Positions 36,372 to 45,170 of a stretch of DNA of 64,000 nucleotides are shown in pieces (within the stretch, counting starts at the first letter, position 1; each line of letters starts with the position of its first letter). Under the pieces are notes generated by a model that was not told the DNA's origin, made no database searches, and was given only the letters and a program-made list of their open reading frames with translations. Location: the NCBI GenBank assembly GCA_039091535.1, contig JAWCLW010000003.1, positions 2,183-66,182 on the forward strand, written 5' to 3'. Origin of the DNA: Candidatus Aenigmatarchaeota archaeon. Its GTDB lineage: Archaea; Aenigmatarchaeota; Aenigmatarchaeia; GW2011-AR5. The translations under genes and the position numbers were made by a program.

Positions 36372-38780
36372 TTATCCCTTAGGTAATTCTATACCGAAGA
36401 CCTTTGAGACACCATCTTCCATTGAGACACCAAACACCTTGTCTGCCTCTGCTGTTGTTATATCATTGTGCGTTATAACTATGAATTGTACATCCTTTGA
36501 ATATTTCTTTATGAGATTTGTTATTTTTTTTGTGTTTGCTTTATCCAATGCAGCATCTACTTCATCTAAGACATAAAATGGTGCAGATTTATATTGCATT
36601 AATGCAAAAAGAAATGCAAGCGATGCCAACGTCTTTTCACCACCAGACATCGAATCTAAATTTAAAACATTTTTTCCACTTGGACTTGCTTCTATGATTA
36701 ATCCAGAATCTATGTTATTTTCTACCTCTAATCTTATTGTTCCAAAACCATTTGTTAGGTCTTTATAAATCCTTGTGAAATTTTCTGCTATACCATTTAA
36801 TGTTTCCATGAATTTATCACGTCTCTTTTTTTCAACCTCTTGAACAATCTTTAATATTGCATCCTTTTCTTCAATTAATTTATCTAATTTTTTCTTTAAT
36901 TCTTCAAATTCAATATTTATTGTCTGATACTCCTCTATTGCTTTCATGTTTACAGGACCAAGCTTGTTAATTTCAATTATGTATTTTTTTACAAGTTCTT
37001 GCAATTCATCTTCTGAAAGCTTCAAAAATTCTTTTACATCTTTATAATCTTCAAATTCTAGTTTTAGATTTGATAATGTTGCTTCAAGATGCGCCTTTTC
37101 TATTTTCAACTTTGTTATGTTATTTTGCAGAACTATTCTTTCTTCGTATATTGTTTTTCTTTTGTTTCTATAATCTTCAATAGTTTTTTCTATTTCTGAT
37201 TTTTCTTTCTGCAGTTTCATAACATCTTCTGATTCTTCTTTTTCTAATTTTTTAACATTCTCCAACTCTTTTTCAAGTTTTTCTATTTCAAATATCAATT
37301 TTTTATTTTCATCCTCTAATTTTTTTATCTCGTTTGAATGTATAGCATGTTTCTTTTGATAAAAACCACCTATCATTGCTCCTGATATCTCTATAAGGTC
37401 ACCATCAAGTGTTACAATTCTGAAGCCCGGGATCTTTTTTGCGGTATCTATATCTTTTACGACTAGAGTGTTTCCAAGAACATACTCCATTGCTGGATAA
37501 TATTTTTTATCAAATTTTACCAAATCAATCGCATATCCTATTATATCACCTTTGTATTGTTTTTTCTTTTTTCCCTTTATTTTATTTAATGGTAAAAATC
37601 TTGCTCTTCCTATTTTATTTTCCTTGAGATGTTTTATACAAAATGAAGCTACATCATCTGTAGAAACAATAATGTCATTTTTATGTTTGCCTATTGCAAC
37701 ATCTAATGCTATTTCATATTTTTTTGGTATTTCTATAAGGCTTGAAACAGTCCCATAAATTTCATCGTGTTTAAGATTTAATATCTCTTTTATTACCGGC
37801 TTCTCAAAATATATACTTTTCAAACGTTGAAGCTCGCGTTCGTTTAAATCTATTTTGTCCTTTTTTCTTAATATTTCCATTTGAAGAGAATCAATTTTTT
37901 TCATTATTTCATAATTTCTCGATCTTTTAATTATTTCATCATTTATTTTCTGTATTTTTTTCTCTTTATCTTCTAATTCTGTTTCTATTGTTCTGAACTC
38001 TTTTTCGAGTTTATCAAATTTTTCTGTATTTTCTCTTATATCTTTGTCTAATATTTTCATTTTTTCTTCTGTATTATCTAATCTTTTTTTAATAAGAGAT
38101 GCTTTTGCCCTCTTTAATTCTTCACTTAGTTTTTGATATTTTTCTGCATTTTCTTTTTCTTGCTTAAGTCTAATAACAAGTTTTTGTTTTTCTGCAACAA
38201 CAATCATGTTTTCCCTTACACGTGTTTCAACTTTTTCTAACTCTTTTGTTGCCTTTTCACGTTTTTCATCAAATTCCTTTATACCAGATATTTCATCTAT
38301 AATTTCTCTTCTTTCGAGAGGAGACATCTCTATGATTTTTGTTACATCACCTTGCATTATTATGTTATAACCTTCTGCTGACAGATTTGCATAAGATAAT
38401 ATATCAAGAATTTTTGATCTGGTTACTGTCCGGCCATTGAGTTTATAAATTGATATCCCATTTCTACTCACCCTTCTCATAATCTTGATTTCTTTTTCTC
38501 CAGGTATTTTATTATCATTATTATCTAAATATAATGATACTTCACAAAATTCAGCAGGTTTTCTATTTTTTCCACCATTGAAAATAAGATTTTGTAGTTT
38601 TTGTGCTCTGATGCTTCTTGCAGATGTTGTCCCAAGTACAAACATAATTGCATCTATTATGTTTGATTTCCCTGATCCATTTGGGCCTGCGATCACATTG
38701 AAGCCTTCTGGAAATGGTATTGTCACTCTATTTCCAAATGACTTAAATCCATATAATGTTATTCTATTAAGACGAACCAT
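36372..38780 (-). CDS. smc: Chromosome segregation ATPase SMC (short-arm form)
   Basis: Walker A GPNGSGKSNIIDAI, hinge (IYGTVSSLIEI...GRARFLPLNKI...TLDGDLIEISGAMIGG), signature SGGEKTLASLAFLFAL, and Walker B FYVLDEVDAALD. Only 802 aa. Confidence 0.95.
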   Translation of the reverse strand: MVRLNRITLYGFKSFGNRVTIPFPEGFNVIAGPNGSGKSNIIDAIMFVLGTTSARSIRAQKLQNLIFNGGKNRKPAEFCEVSLYLDNNDNKIPGEKEIKIMRRVSRNGISIYKLNGRTVTRSKILDILSYANLSAEGYNIIMQGDVTKIIEMSPLERREIIDEISGIKEFDEKREKATKELEKVETRVRENMIVVAEKQKLVIRLKQEKENAEKYQKLSEELKRAKASLIKKRLDNTEEKMKILDKDIRENTEKFDKLEKEFRTIETELEDKEKKIQKINDEIIKRSRNYEIMKKIDSLQMEILRKKDKIDLNERELQRLKSIYFEKPVIKEILNLKHDEIYGTVSSLIEIPKKYEIALDVAIGKHKNDIIVSTDDVASFCIKHLKENKIGRARFLPLNKIKGKKKKQYKGDIIGYAIDLVKFDKKYYPAMEYVLGNTLVVKDIDTAKKIPGFRIVTLDGDLIEISGAMIGGFYQKKHAIHSNEIKKLEDENKKLIFEIEKLEKELENVKKLEKEESEDVMKLQKEKSEIEKTIEDYRNKRKTIYEERIVLQNNITKLKIEKAHLEATLSNLKLEFEDYKDVKEFLKLSEDELQELVKKYIIEINKLGPVNMKAIEEYQTINIEFEELKKKLDKLIEEKDAILKIVQEVEKKRRDKFMETLNGIAENFTRIYKDLTNGFGTIRLEVENNIDSGLIIEASPSGKNVLNLDSMSGGEKTLASLAFLFALMQYKSAPFYVLDEVDAALDKANTKKITNLIKKYSKDVQFIVITHNDITTAEADKVFGVSMEDGVSKVFGIELPKG

Positions 38781-39336
38781 TTTTTACCACCTTTTTCTTT
38801 TGGTGTTTTTCAAAGTAATCAATTAATCGATTTAAAATATCATCATGGGTATCAGAACATTCGCCATATTTTTCAAATCTGGACTTTGTATTTTTTGATA
38901 ATCTAATAGATGTGAATTCCTCCACTTTTTCTGGCCATATTTCAAAGAAATTTTTTGTTAAATTATTTTTGTTTTTTAGTTTTTCTATTACAGTATTTGC
39001 TTTTTTTTCTCTGTAACTTGGTATAATTAAAATTATTTTTGTCAATTCATGTCCATATCTATTTAATTTTTCTTTTAATATTTTATAAGATATTGTAAGT
39101 TGACATTCTATACCAATTTTTTCTTTATTTTTTAGTGCAAGTGCATCTATTCTATTTTTTTTATTTATTTTGGCTTCTCTCACTACAGTATATCCCATGG
39201 ATTCAAACTTCTTAACTGCTTTATCAACAAGACTATCATGCAAAGATTTCCCTTTCGATGTCAAAACCATTTTAAACACCTTTATACTCTGAAGTAATTT
39301 ATACTTCGACATTTGTATTAAAACTTTTGTATACAA
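38767..39336 (-). CDS. Hypothetical protein, possible PD-(D/E)xK-like nuclease fold
   Basis: GYTVVREAKINKKNRIDALALKNKEKIGIECQL shows a D...E-x-Q/K-like arrangement reminiscent of restriction-endonuclease-fold proteins. Its 3' end overlaps the smc start. Weak. Confidence 0.3.
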   Translation of the reverse strand: MYTKVLIQMSKYKLLQSIKVFKMVLTSKGKSLHDSLVDKAVKKFESMGYTVVREAKINKKNRIDALALKNKEKIGIECQLTISYKILKEKLNRYGHELTKIILIIPSYREKKANTVIEKLKNKNNLTKNFFEIWPEKVEEFTSIRLSKNTKSRFEKYGECSDTHDDILNRLIDYFEKHQKKKVVKNGSS

Positions 39337-39347
39337 AATAAAATAAA

Positions 39348-40538
39348 TTAGAATTTGAATTTTCTTCTTATACCCTTTGCCCTGTATTTTAAATATATTT
39401 TTACGAGCTTTGCATAATTCTTACCATGAGCTAAATCTACAAGATCCTCACCACTTAACACTTCTGCTATATCATTCATCTCATCATCAGACATTTTTTC
39501 AAACATCTCTCTTACTTTCTCTATTTTTTTCAAACGCTCACCACACTCTTTCCACCATATTTTATTATACTCTGATAGTGCTTTAGCAGATACATCATTA
39601 TTTTTTACACAACGTGCTATTACTTCACCAGCAATTCTACCACCCTTTATACTTTCGGCAATTCCACCACCATGTATTGGATTTACTTGATTCACTGCAT
39701 CACCTACACCAACAATGCCATTAGAAACCATGTTGTCGAGAAACCCACCAACAGGTATGCAACCCCCTTTTATCTCAAGAATGCTACCTTTGTTTAGTTC
39801 ATGTTTACTAAGTATAAAATCATCTAGATATTTCTTTGCAGTTTTTTCATAACCTATCCCACCAATACCGATTCCAACATTTGCAATATCATTACCTTTT
39901 GGAAAAATCCAGATATAACCACGCTTTGCAATTTTTGTGCCAAAATAAAGGACAATCATATGAGGGTCTTCTAGATCTATACTAGCCATCTCATATTCGT
40001 ATCCGCTATCAACAAGTCTTGGATTTTTTGCTGCAAAGCCAACTTTTCTCAGTATTAATGATTCAACACCATCCGCTGCAACAACAACCTTAGAATTTAT
40101 TTTAGAATCTATATCTATTATTTTTGCCTTTACACCAGAAACAAAATCATTTTCTTTAATTATATCATAAACATTTGATTTTGCAATAACTGTTGCTCCA
40201 GATTTTGTTGCCTCATACGCAAGCCATTTATCAAAAATTTTTCTTTCAAGAATATAACCATTTGTACCTTTAAATTTTATTTCAATTCTTTTCCCGTTTG
40301 GTGCGTATACAATAGCACCTTTTATTTTTTGGGCGATACATTTTTTTGGTAATTTTAATTTCAATGTTTTTACAGCATTATCACTAAGACCTTCGCCACA
40401 TCTAACAGGTGTTCCTATTTCTTGATTTCTATCGAGAACAAGGACATCTAACCCATTTTCAGCACATTTTTTAGCAACTGCAGAGCCTGCAGGACCACAT
40501 CCAACAACAATAACATCATATCTATCTTTTATATTCAT
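39348..40538 (-). CDS. Geranylgeranyl reductase family flavoprotein
   Basis: FAD fold YDVIVVGCGPAGSAVA, RCGEG, VVAADG and GDAVNQVNPIHGGGI motifs typical of digeranylgeranylglycerophospholipid reductase. Confidence 0.85.
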   Translation of the reverse strand: MNIKDRYDVIVVGCGPAGSAVAKKCAENGLDVLVLDRNQEIGTPVRCGEGLSDNAVKTLKLKLPKKCIAQKIKGAIVYAPNGKRIEIKFKGTNGYILERKIFDKWLAYEATKSGATVIAKSNVYDIIKENDFVSGVKAKIIDIDSKINSKVVVAADGVESLILRKVGFAAKNPRLVDSGYEYEMASIDLEDPHMIVLYFGTKIAKRGYIWIFPKGNDIANVGIGIGGIGYEKTAKKYLDDFILSKHELNKGSILEIKGGCIPVGGFLDNMVSNGIVGVGDAVNQVNPIHGGGIAESIKGGRIAGEVIARCVKNNDVSAKALSEYNKIWWKECGERLKKIEKVREMFEKMSDDEMNDIAEVLSGEDLVDLAHGKNYAKLVKIYLKYRAKGIRRKFKF

Positions 40539-40543
40539 TTAAA

Positions 40544-40729
40544 TCACTCTAATTTTAATGCACCAGTAGGGCAGAACCTTATGCAAATATTGCAATTAGT
40601 GCATTTTTTATAATCGCAAAATGGAAATTTATTGTTCATATCCAGAGCTAGAACAGGACATACACTGACACAACCACCACAAGAAATGCATTTATTTTTA
40701 TCTACAGCAACACTCATTATTATCGCCAT
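40544..40729 (-). CDS. 2x[4Fe-4S] ferredoxin
   Basis: CISCGGCVSVCP and CTNCNICIRFCP cluster motifs. 61 aa, 5 nt downstream of the reductase. Confidence 0.85.
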   Translation of the reverse strand: MAIIMSVAVDKNKCISCGGCVSVCPVLALDMNNKFPFCDYKKCTNCNICIRFCPTGALKLE

Positions 40730-40785
40730 AAATCAATTAATAGTAAATTTTTAATAATTAAAAACTTTTTGTCAATTATGTTTTT

Positions 40786-41406
40786 ATGCAACAAATTGCT
40801 CGAGGTGCCGAGGCAATATTATACAAAGAAAACAAAAAATTAATAAAAGAAAGAATAATGAAGTCATATAGAATAAAAGAGATAGATGAGAAATTACGAC
40901 GTAGAAGAACGAGAATAGAAGCAAATCTTATAAGAAAAGCGAGATCTACTGGAATTAAAGTACCACAAATATTAGAAGAAGAGGAATTCAAAATTAAGAT
41001 GGAATATATTGATGGAAAAAGGGTAAAGGATATCCTTAATAATAATAACTATGCTGAAATATGTCAGGAGATTGGCAAATCAATTGCATTACTTCACAAT
41101 TTTGATATAATACATGGAGATTTGACAACAAGCAATATGATTATAAAATATAAAAAAAATATTGGAATACAAGAAAAATCCTTTGATATATATTTTATTG
41201 ATTTTGGACTTGGTTTTATCAGTAAGCGAATAGAAGATAAAGCAACAGATTTATTTTTGCTTCATGAGGCACTAGAATCAACACATTTTGATATTTTTAA
41301 AAAGGCTTGGAAGATAATCTTAAAAGCTTATTCAAAAAATTATGTTGATGCAGAAAAGGTTATTAATGTTTTGAATAAAATAGAAAAAAGGAGAAGATAC
41401 AAATAA
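40786..41406 (+). CDS. bud32: KEOPS kinase Bud32 (Kae1-associated kinase)
   Basis: ARGAEAILY N-terminus, KMEYIDG, IIHGDLTTSNMI, and IDFGLGF. 206 aa, not fused to Kae1. Confidence 0.85.
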   Translation: MQQIARGAEAILYKENKKLIKERIMKSYRIKEIDEKLRRRRTRIEANLIRKARSTGIKVPQILEEEEFKIKMEYIDGKRVKDILNNNNYAEICQEIGKSIALLHNFDIIHGDLTTSNMIIKYKKNIGIQEKSFDIYFIDFGLGFISKRIEDKATDLFLLHEALESTHFDIFKKAWKIILKAYSKNYVDAEKVINVLNKIEKRRRYK

Positions 41407-41484
41407 AATAGATAAAGTTATATAAATAGAAGATTTAATAAATTATATTGATCTATTAATGACATAAAAATAAGGTTGATATAG

Positions 41485-41931
41485 ATGGCTAGAATGCATT
41501 CACGAAAACATGGGAAACACGGTTCAAAGAAACCAATAAAGAAAAGGCCTGCATGGCTTATGTATGATGTGGAAGAGGTAGAACAATTAATACTTAAACT
41601 TGCGAGAGAAGGTCTAACAAATGCACAAATTGGACTTATTCTTCGAGACCAATATGGAGTACCGGATGTTCGTGCATTAGGTATGCGCATTTCAAAAGTT
41701 GTTAGAAATGAAATAAAAAAAGAAATTCCTGAAGATTTGTACAATCTTTTAAGGAAGGCTGTAAATTTGCATAGACATCTGCAACAGAACAAAGGAGATT
41801 CAAAGGCGATCCACGCATTTGAATTGCTTGAATCTAAAATAAGAAGGCTTGCAAAATATTATGTTCGTGAAGGAGAATTGCCAAAAGATTGGAAATATTC
41901 CATAGATAGAGCGAAATTATTTGTTAAATGA
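41485..41931 (+). CDS. rps15: 30S ribosomal protein S15 (uS15/S13e type)
   Basis: MARMHSRKHGKHGSKKP...GLILRDQYGVPDV...RHLQQNKGD pattern. Confidence 0.9.
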   Translation: MARMHSRKHGKHGSKKPIKKRPAWLMYDVEEVEQLILKLAREGLTNAQIGLILRDQYGVPDVRALGMRISKVVRNEIKKEIPEDLYNLLRKAVNLHRHLQQNKGDSKAIHAFELLESKIRRLAKYYVREGELPKDWKYSIDRAKLFVK

Positions 41932-41966
41932 AAAAAATTCTATTGATTTCTTAAGGAGTAAATATC

Positions 41967-42173
41967 ATGAAATATGAAGTTGAAGTAAAGCTTCATAAAG
42001 ATTTCATAACTGTTGATAAAAACAAGATTATTGTTGGATTAACTTCTAGGCCAGAAAAAGGGAAAGCAAATACAGAATTAATCAAAAAGATTGCAAAACA
42101 TTTCAAGATTTCAGCAAATCAAATTAAGATCGTATCAGGTTTGAAATCAAGAAGAAAGATTGTTGAAATTTAA
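41967..42173 (+). CDS. DUF167 (YggU-like) protein
   Basis: GKANTELIKKIAKHFKISANQIKIVSGLKSRRKIVEI matches the DUF167 C-terminal signature. AGGAG SD upstream. Confidence 0.7.
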   Translation: MKYEVEVKLHKDFITVDKNKIIVGLTSRPEKGKANTELIKKIAKHFKISANQIKIVSGLKSRRKIVEI

Positions 42174-42221
42174 TCCTTTGAAACATTATTGTTTTTAATT
42201 CTTTTTTTCTAAATTTAATTT

Positions 42222-43553
42222 ATGAATCGTCGAGAGATTATTGAATATTATTCCAGAGAAGAAATAATAAACGAATTATTGAAAAATGCAAAAAATAGGG
42301 AGATAGTAGGTGCATTCTGGGATGGAACATACGATAAAAGACCAAATATAATTCAATATAAGAATGATATAGTGCAAATGGCAAAAAATGGCGTTGTTTC
42401 ATTTCATTTTTCTGTTGAGCAATGGAGTAATCCAATGGCGATAAGCGCCGATAATTATAATAAATTAAGAATTGGATGGGATATGATTATAGATGTTGAT
42501 TCTAAATTAGGATTAGAAGAAGCAAAAATTGCAACAGAGATGATATGCAAACTCTTGGAAAAATATGGAATAAAAAATTATGGATTGAAATTCTCAGGTA
42601 GACGAGGATTTCATATATCCTTACCATGGATTATGTTTCCAAAAGAAATAGATTATAAACCACTTACGAGATTGTATCCAAAAATACCTAGAATAATTGC
42701 AAGATTCATAAGAAAAAAAATTTCTGAAGATCTAATGAAAGAATTAATCAGAATGAGTGGAGCAAAAAAACTTATAGAAATCTTAGGTGAAGTTCCATCA
42801 AAGATGAATCCATTCTATTTTGTTGAAGTAGAAAAGGATTGGGGAAACAGACATATGTTTAGAGCTCCTTATTCTCTAAATGAAAAGACGTGGCTTGTTT
42901 CATTACCGATAAAATTTTCTCAACTTAAGAATTTTTCACCTGAAATAGCAAATCCTAATAATATAAAAATCTATGATGAATTCTTCAAGGGTGAAGAGGG
43001 TGAAGGAATATATCTACTTACAGATGCATTAGATTGGTATGCCATAATTAAGAAGGAAAAACCTAAAAAAGAAGTTACAAAAATAAATTGGGAAAAAAAG
43101 ATAACAGAGGATTTGTTTCCACCATGCATAAAATCAATTCTTTCTGGTTTGAGTGATGGCAGAAAGCGCAGTATATTTACGCTTGTTAATTTCCTAAGAA
43201 TGTGTAACTGGAACTGGCAAGAAATAGAGGATAAAGTATTTGAATGGAATACAAAAAATAAGCAACAATTACCAAGAAATATTATACTTAGCCAATTAAG
43301 ATGGAGTCAACAAAATCAAATGAATCCAGCAAACTGCGACAATGATTTGTTTTATTCTGATATTGGTATATGTAAGCCTGATGATATATGTAAAGGCAAA
43401 ACAGACAAAATAATAATAAAAAATCCACTTTCGTATCCATTTAAAAAAATGAAACTAAGACCAAGGATTAGACGTGGTTTTTCTTGTGATATTTGTGGCA
43501 AAGAATTTAAAACAATGAATGGTCTAAACTATCATAAAGGAAGATATCATTAA
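42222..43553 (+). CDS. DNA primase, single-polypeptide PriS catalytic domain + PriL-CTD-like domain + C-terminal C2H2 zinc finger
   Basis: PriS motifs MIIDVDS (DxD), KFSGRRGFHISLPW and FRAPYSLNEKT. Then PPCIKSILSG...GRKRSIFTLVNFLRMCNW plus further Cys (NCDND, ICKPDDIC), as in the PriL Fe-S domain. Terminal FSCDICGKEFKTMNGLNYHKGRYH. Confidence 0.8.
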   Translation: MNRREIIEYYSREEIINELLKNAKNREIVGAFWDGTYDKRPNIIQYKNDIVQMAKNGVVSFHFSVEQWSNPMAISADNYNKLRIGWDMIIDVDSKLGLEEAKIATEMICKLLEKYGIKNYGLKFSGRRGFHISLPWIMFPKEIDYKPLTRLYPKIPRIIARFIRKKISEDLMKELIRMSGAKKLIEILGEVPSKMNPFYFVEVEKDWGNRHMFRAPYSLNEKTWLVSLPIKFSQLKNFSPEIANPNNIKIYDEFFKGEEGEGIYLLTDALDWYAIIKKEKPKKEVTKINWEKKITEDLFPPCIKSILSGLSDGRKRSIFTLVNFLRMCNWNWQEIEDKVFEWNTKNKQQLPRNIILSQLRWSQQNQMNPANCDNDLFYSDIGICKPDDICKGKTDKIIIKNPLSYPFKKMKLRPRIRRGFSCDICGKEFKTMNGLNYHKGRYH

Positions 43554-43625
43554 ATTAGATACAAATGGTTTATGATGTTAAAGAAACTTTATAAATTTTG
43601 TAATCAATTTAGTCATGTTGATATT

Positions 43626-44189
43626 ATGTTAACATTCGATAAAATAAGGGAATTGGAAAGAAACGAGAGAGATAGCAAAAAATTACAAAGATTACCAGAT
43701 GATATAATAGAGCAGCTAAAAGATTATTTGTATAGAAAAGAGAAGATAAAGGAAAAGACAGCAGCTGATATACTTGAGCTGGAGAATGTAAAGAACACAA
43801 TAAGAAGATTTTTTGAACTTCGTGAAAATAAGATAATGAATGCTGCAATTGATACAGCAAGGACAGGAATGCCACCGGAAAATATGACAAGAGAAGAAGA
43901 AAATGTTTTTTATAATATCGTTGCTATTCTTAAGGATCATAGAGAAAAATTTTTTGAGGAACTTCAAAAAGAACCAAAAAAAGATATTAAAGAAGAAAAA
44001 GAAATAAAAAAGAATAATAATGAAAAAAGATTTGTATACGTTGTAAAAAAGACACTACCTACATTTGTTGGTCCTGACTTAAAAATTTATGAACTAAAAG
44101 AAAATGATATAATAGAAATAGGAGCCTTTCCAAAGCCTTTAAATGATTTGCTGATTAAGGAAGGGATAATTGAGAAAAAAGAGATGTGA
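43626..44189 (+). CDS. GINS subunit (Gins51-type, A-then-B domain order)
   Basis: LTFDKIRELERNERDSKKLQRLPDDIIEQLKDYL...RENKIMNAA...TREEENVFYNI (A domain) and VVKKTLPTFVGPDLKIYELKENDIIEI...LNDLLIKEGI (B domain). Adjacent to primase. ATG at 43626 chosen. Confidence 0.55.
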   Translation: MLTFDKIRELERNERDSKKLQRLPDDIIEQLKDYLYRKEKIKEKTAADILELENVKNTIRRFFELRENKIMNAAIDTARTGMPPENMTREEENVFYNIVAILKDHREKFFEELQKEPKKDIKEEKEIKKNNNEKRFVYVVKKTLPTFVGPDLKIYELKENDIIEIGAFPKPLNDLLIKEGIIEKKEM

Positions 44190-44195
44190 ATAATT

Positions 44196-44480
44196 ATGTT
44201 AATACCAAAAATACAGAAGAGGTTTTGCCCTTTTTGTAAGAAGCACACAGAGCACACACTTGAAGAAGCAAAAAGAAGACCGAGAAGAAAAATGAGCAAA
44301 AGTCAAAGAAGATTTTTAAGAAAATTAAAGGGTTACGGCTCATTTCCAAAAGAAAATCCGAAAGGAAGAGAAAAACCAACAAAAAAATTGGATTTAAGAT
44401 ATAAATGCTCTGTATGTGGTAAAAAGCATCCGATAGGTACAGGTTTTCGCATAAAGAAATATGAATTTGAGAAAAAGTAA
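44196..44480 (+). CDS. rpl44e: 50S ribosomal protein L44e
   Basis: Zinc-ribbon pairs [10 protein letters not shown] and CSVCGKKH within a basic 94-aa protein. Confidence 0.9.
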   Translation: MLIPKIQKRFCPFCKKHTEHTLEEAKRRPRRKMSKSQRRFLRKLKGYGSFPKENPKGREKPTKKLDLRYKCSVCGKKHPIGTGFRIKKYEFEKK

Positions 44481-44496
44481 AGTATGGTGTTAGCGA

Positions 44497-45138
44497 ATGC
44501 TAAATTTTCTTTTTGACCATTTTTTGATATTTAATCCAATTTTGTCCATTACAATATTTGCAACAATAATAATCATTATAATAAATATATTCTATAAGAT
44601 TTTAATAAACCAGAATGAGGCGAAACAGATAAAAGATAACATAAAAGAGATGAACAAAAAGATGAAAGAAGAGCAGAAGGCCGGAAATAAAGAAAAAGTA
44701 AATCAACTGATGAAAGAAATAATGACGGAAAATAGTAAGATAATGAGAATGACTATGAAACCAATGCTAATATCTTTTATCATAGTGATAATATTTCTTC
44801 CATGGCTTGCAACTGTTTATGGAGACAAAATTATTGCAGCAGATAGCAATATGAGTTTGAGTATAGGTGATAAAACATATCCAATAGAAAAATATGAGAA
44901 TAAAATAAAAATAAGTGAATTGAGTATTGATTGCAACATGCCTTGTGTGCAGAAAATAGAAAATTATTATTGGAAGATATATCAAGAAAATGAAAATATA
45001 AAATTTGCACGTATATCTGCAAGATTACCAATAGTATTGCCAATATTTGGCGCATATTTAGGATGGCTTGGATGGTATATACTTGTCTCTATACCAATAA
45101 TGATGATAATCAGAAAATTGATGAAGATTTATGTATAA
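44497..45138 (+). CDS. DUF106/Oxa1-superfamily (YidC/EMC3-like) membrane insertase homolog
   Basis: TM1, a coiled KQIKDNIKEMNKKMKEEQKAGNKEKVNQLMKEIMTENSKIMRMTMKPM helix hairpin, TM2, and a C-terminal LGWLGWYILVSIP TM. Carries an extra loop insertion. Confidence 0.6.
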   Translation: MLNFLFDHFLIFNPILSITIFATIIIIIINIFYKILINQNEAKQIKDNIKEMNKKMKEEQKAGNKEKVNQLMKEIMTENSKIMRMTMKPMLISFIIVIIFLPWLATVYGDKIIAADSNMSLSIGDKTYPIEKYENKIKISELSIDCNMPCVQKIENYYWKIYQENENIKFARISARLPIVLPIFGAYLGWLGWYILVSIPIMMIIRKLMKIYV

Positions 45139-45170
45139 CAGTTTAAAAATATTGTATTCAATAATTTCTA

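Noticed and set aside
40776-41792. Minus-strand ORFs antisense to bud32 (71 aa) and to rps15 (124 aa)
   Set aside because: They are opposite confidently identified conserved genes and have Cys/Phe/Ser-rich nonsense composition.
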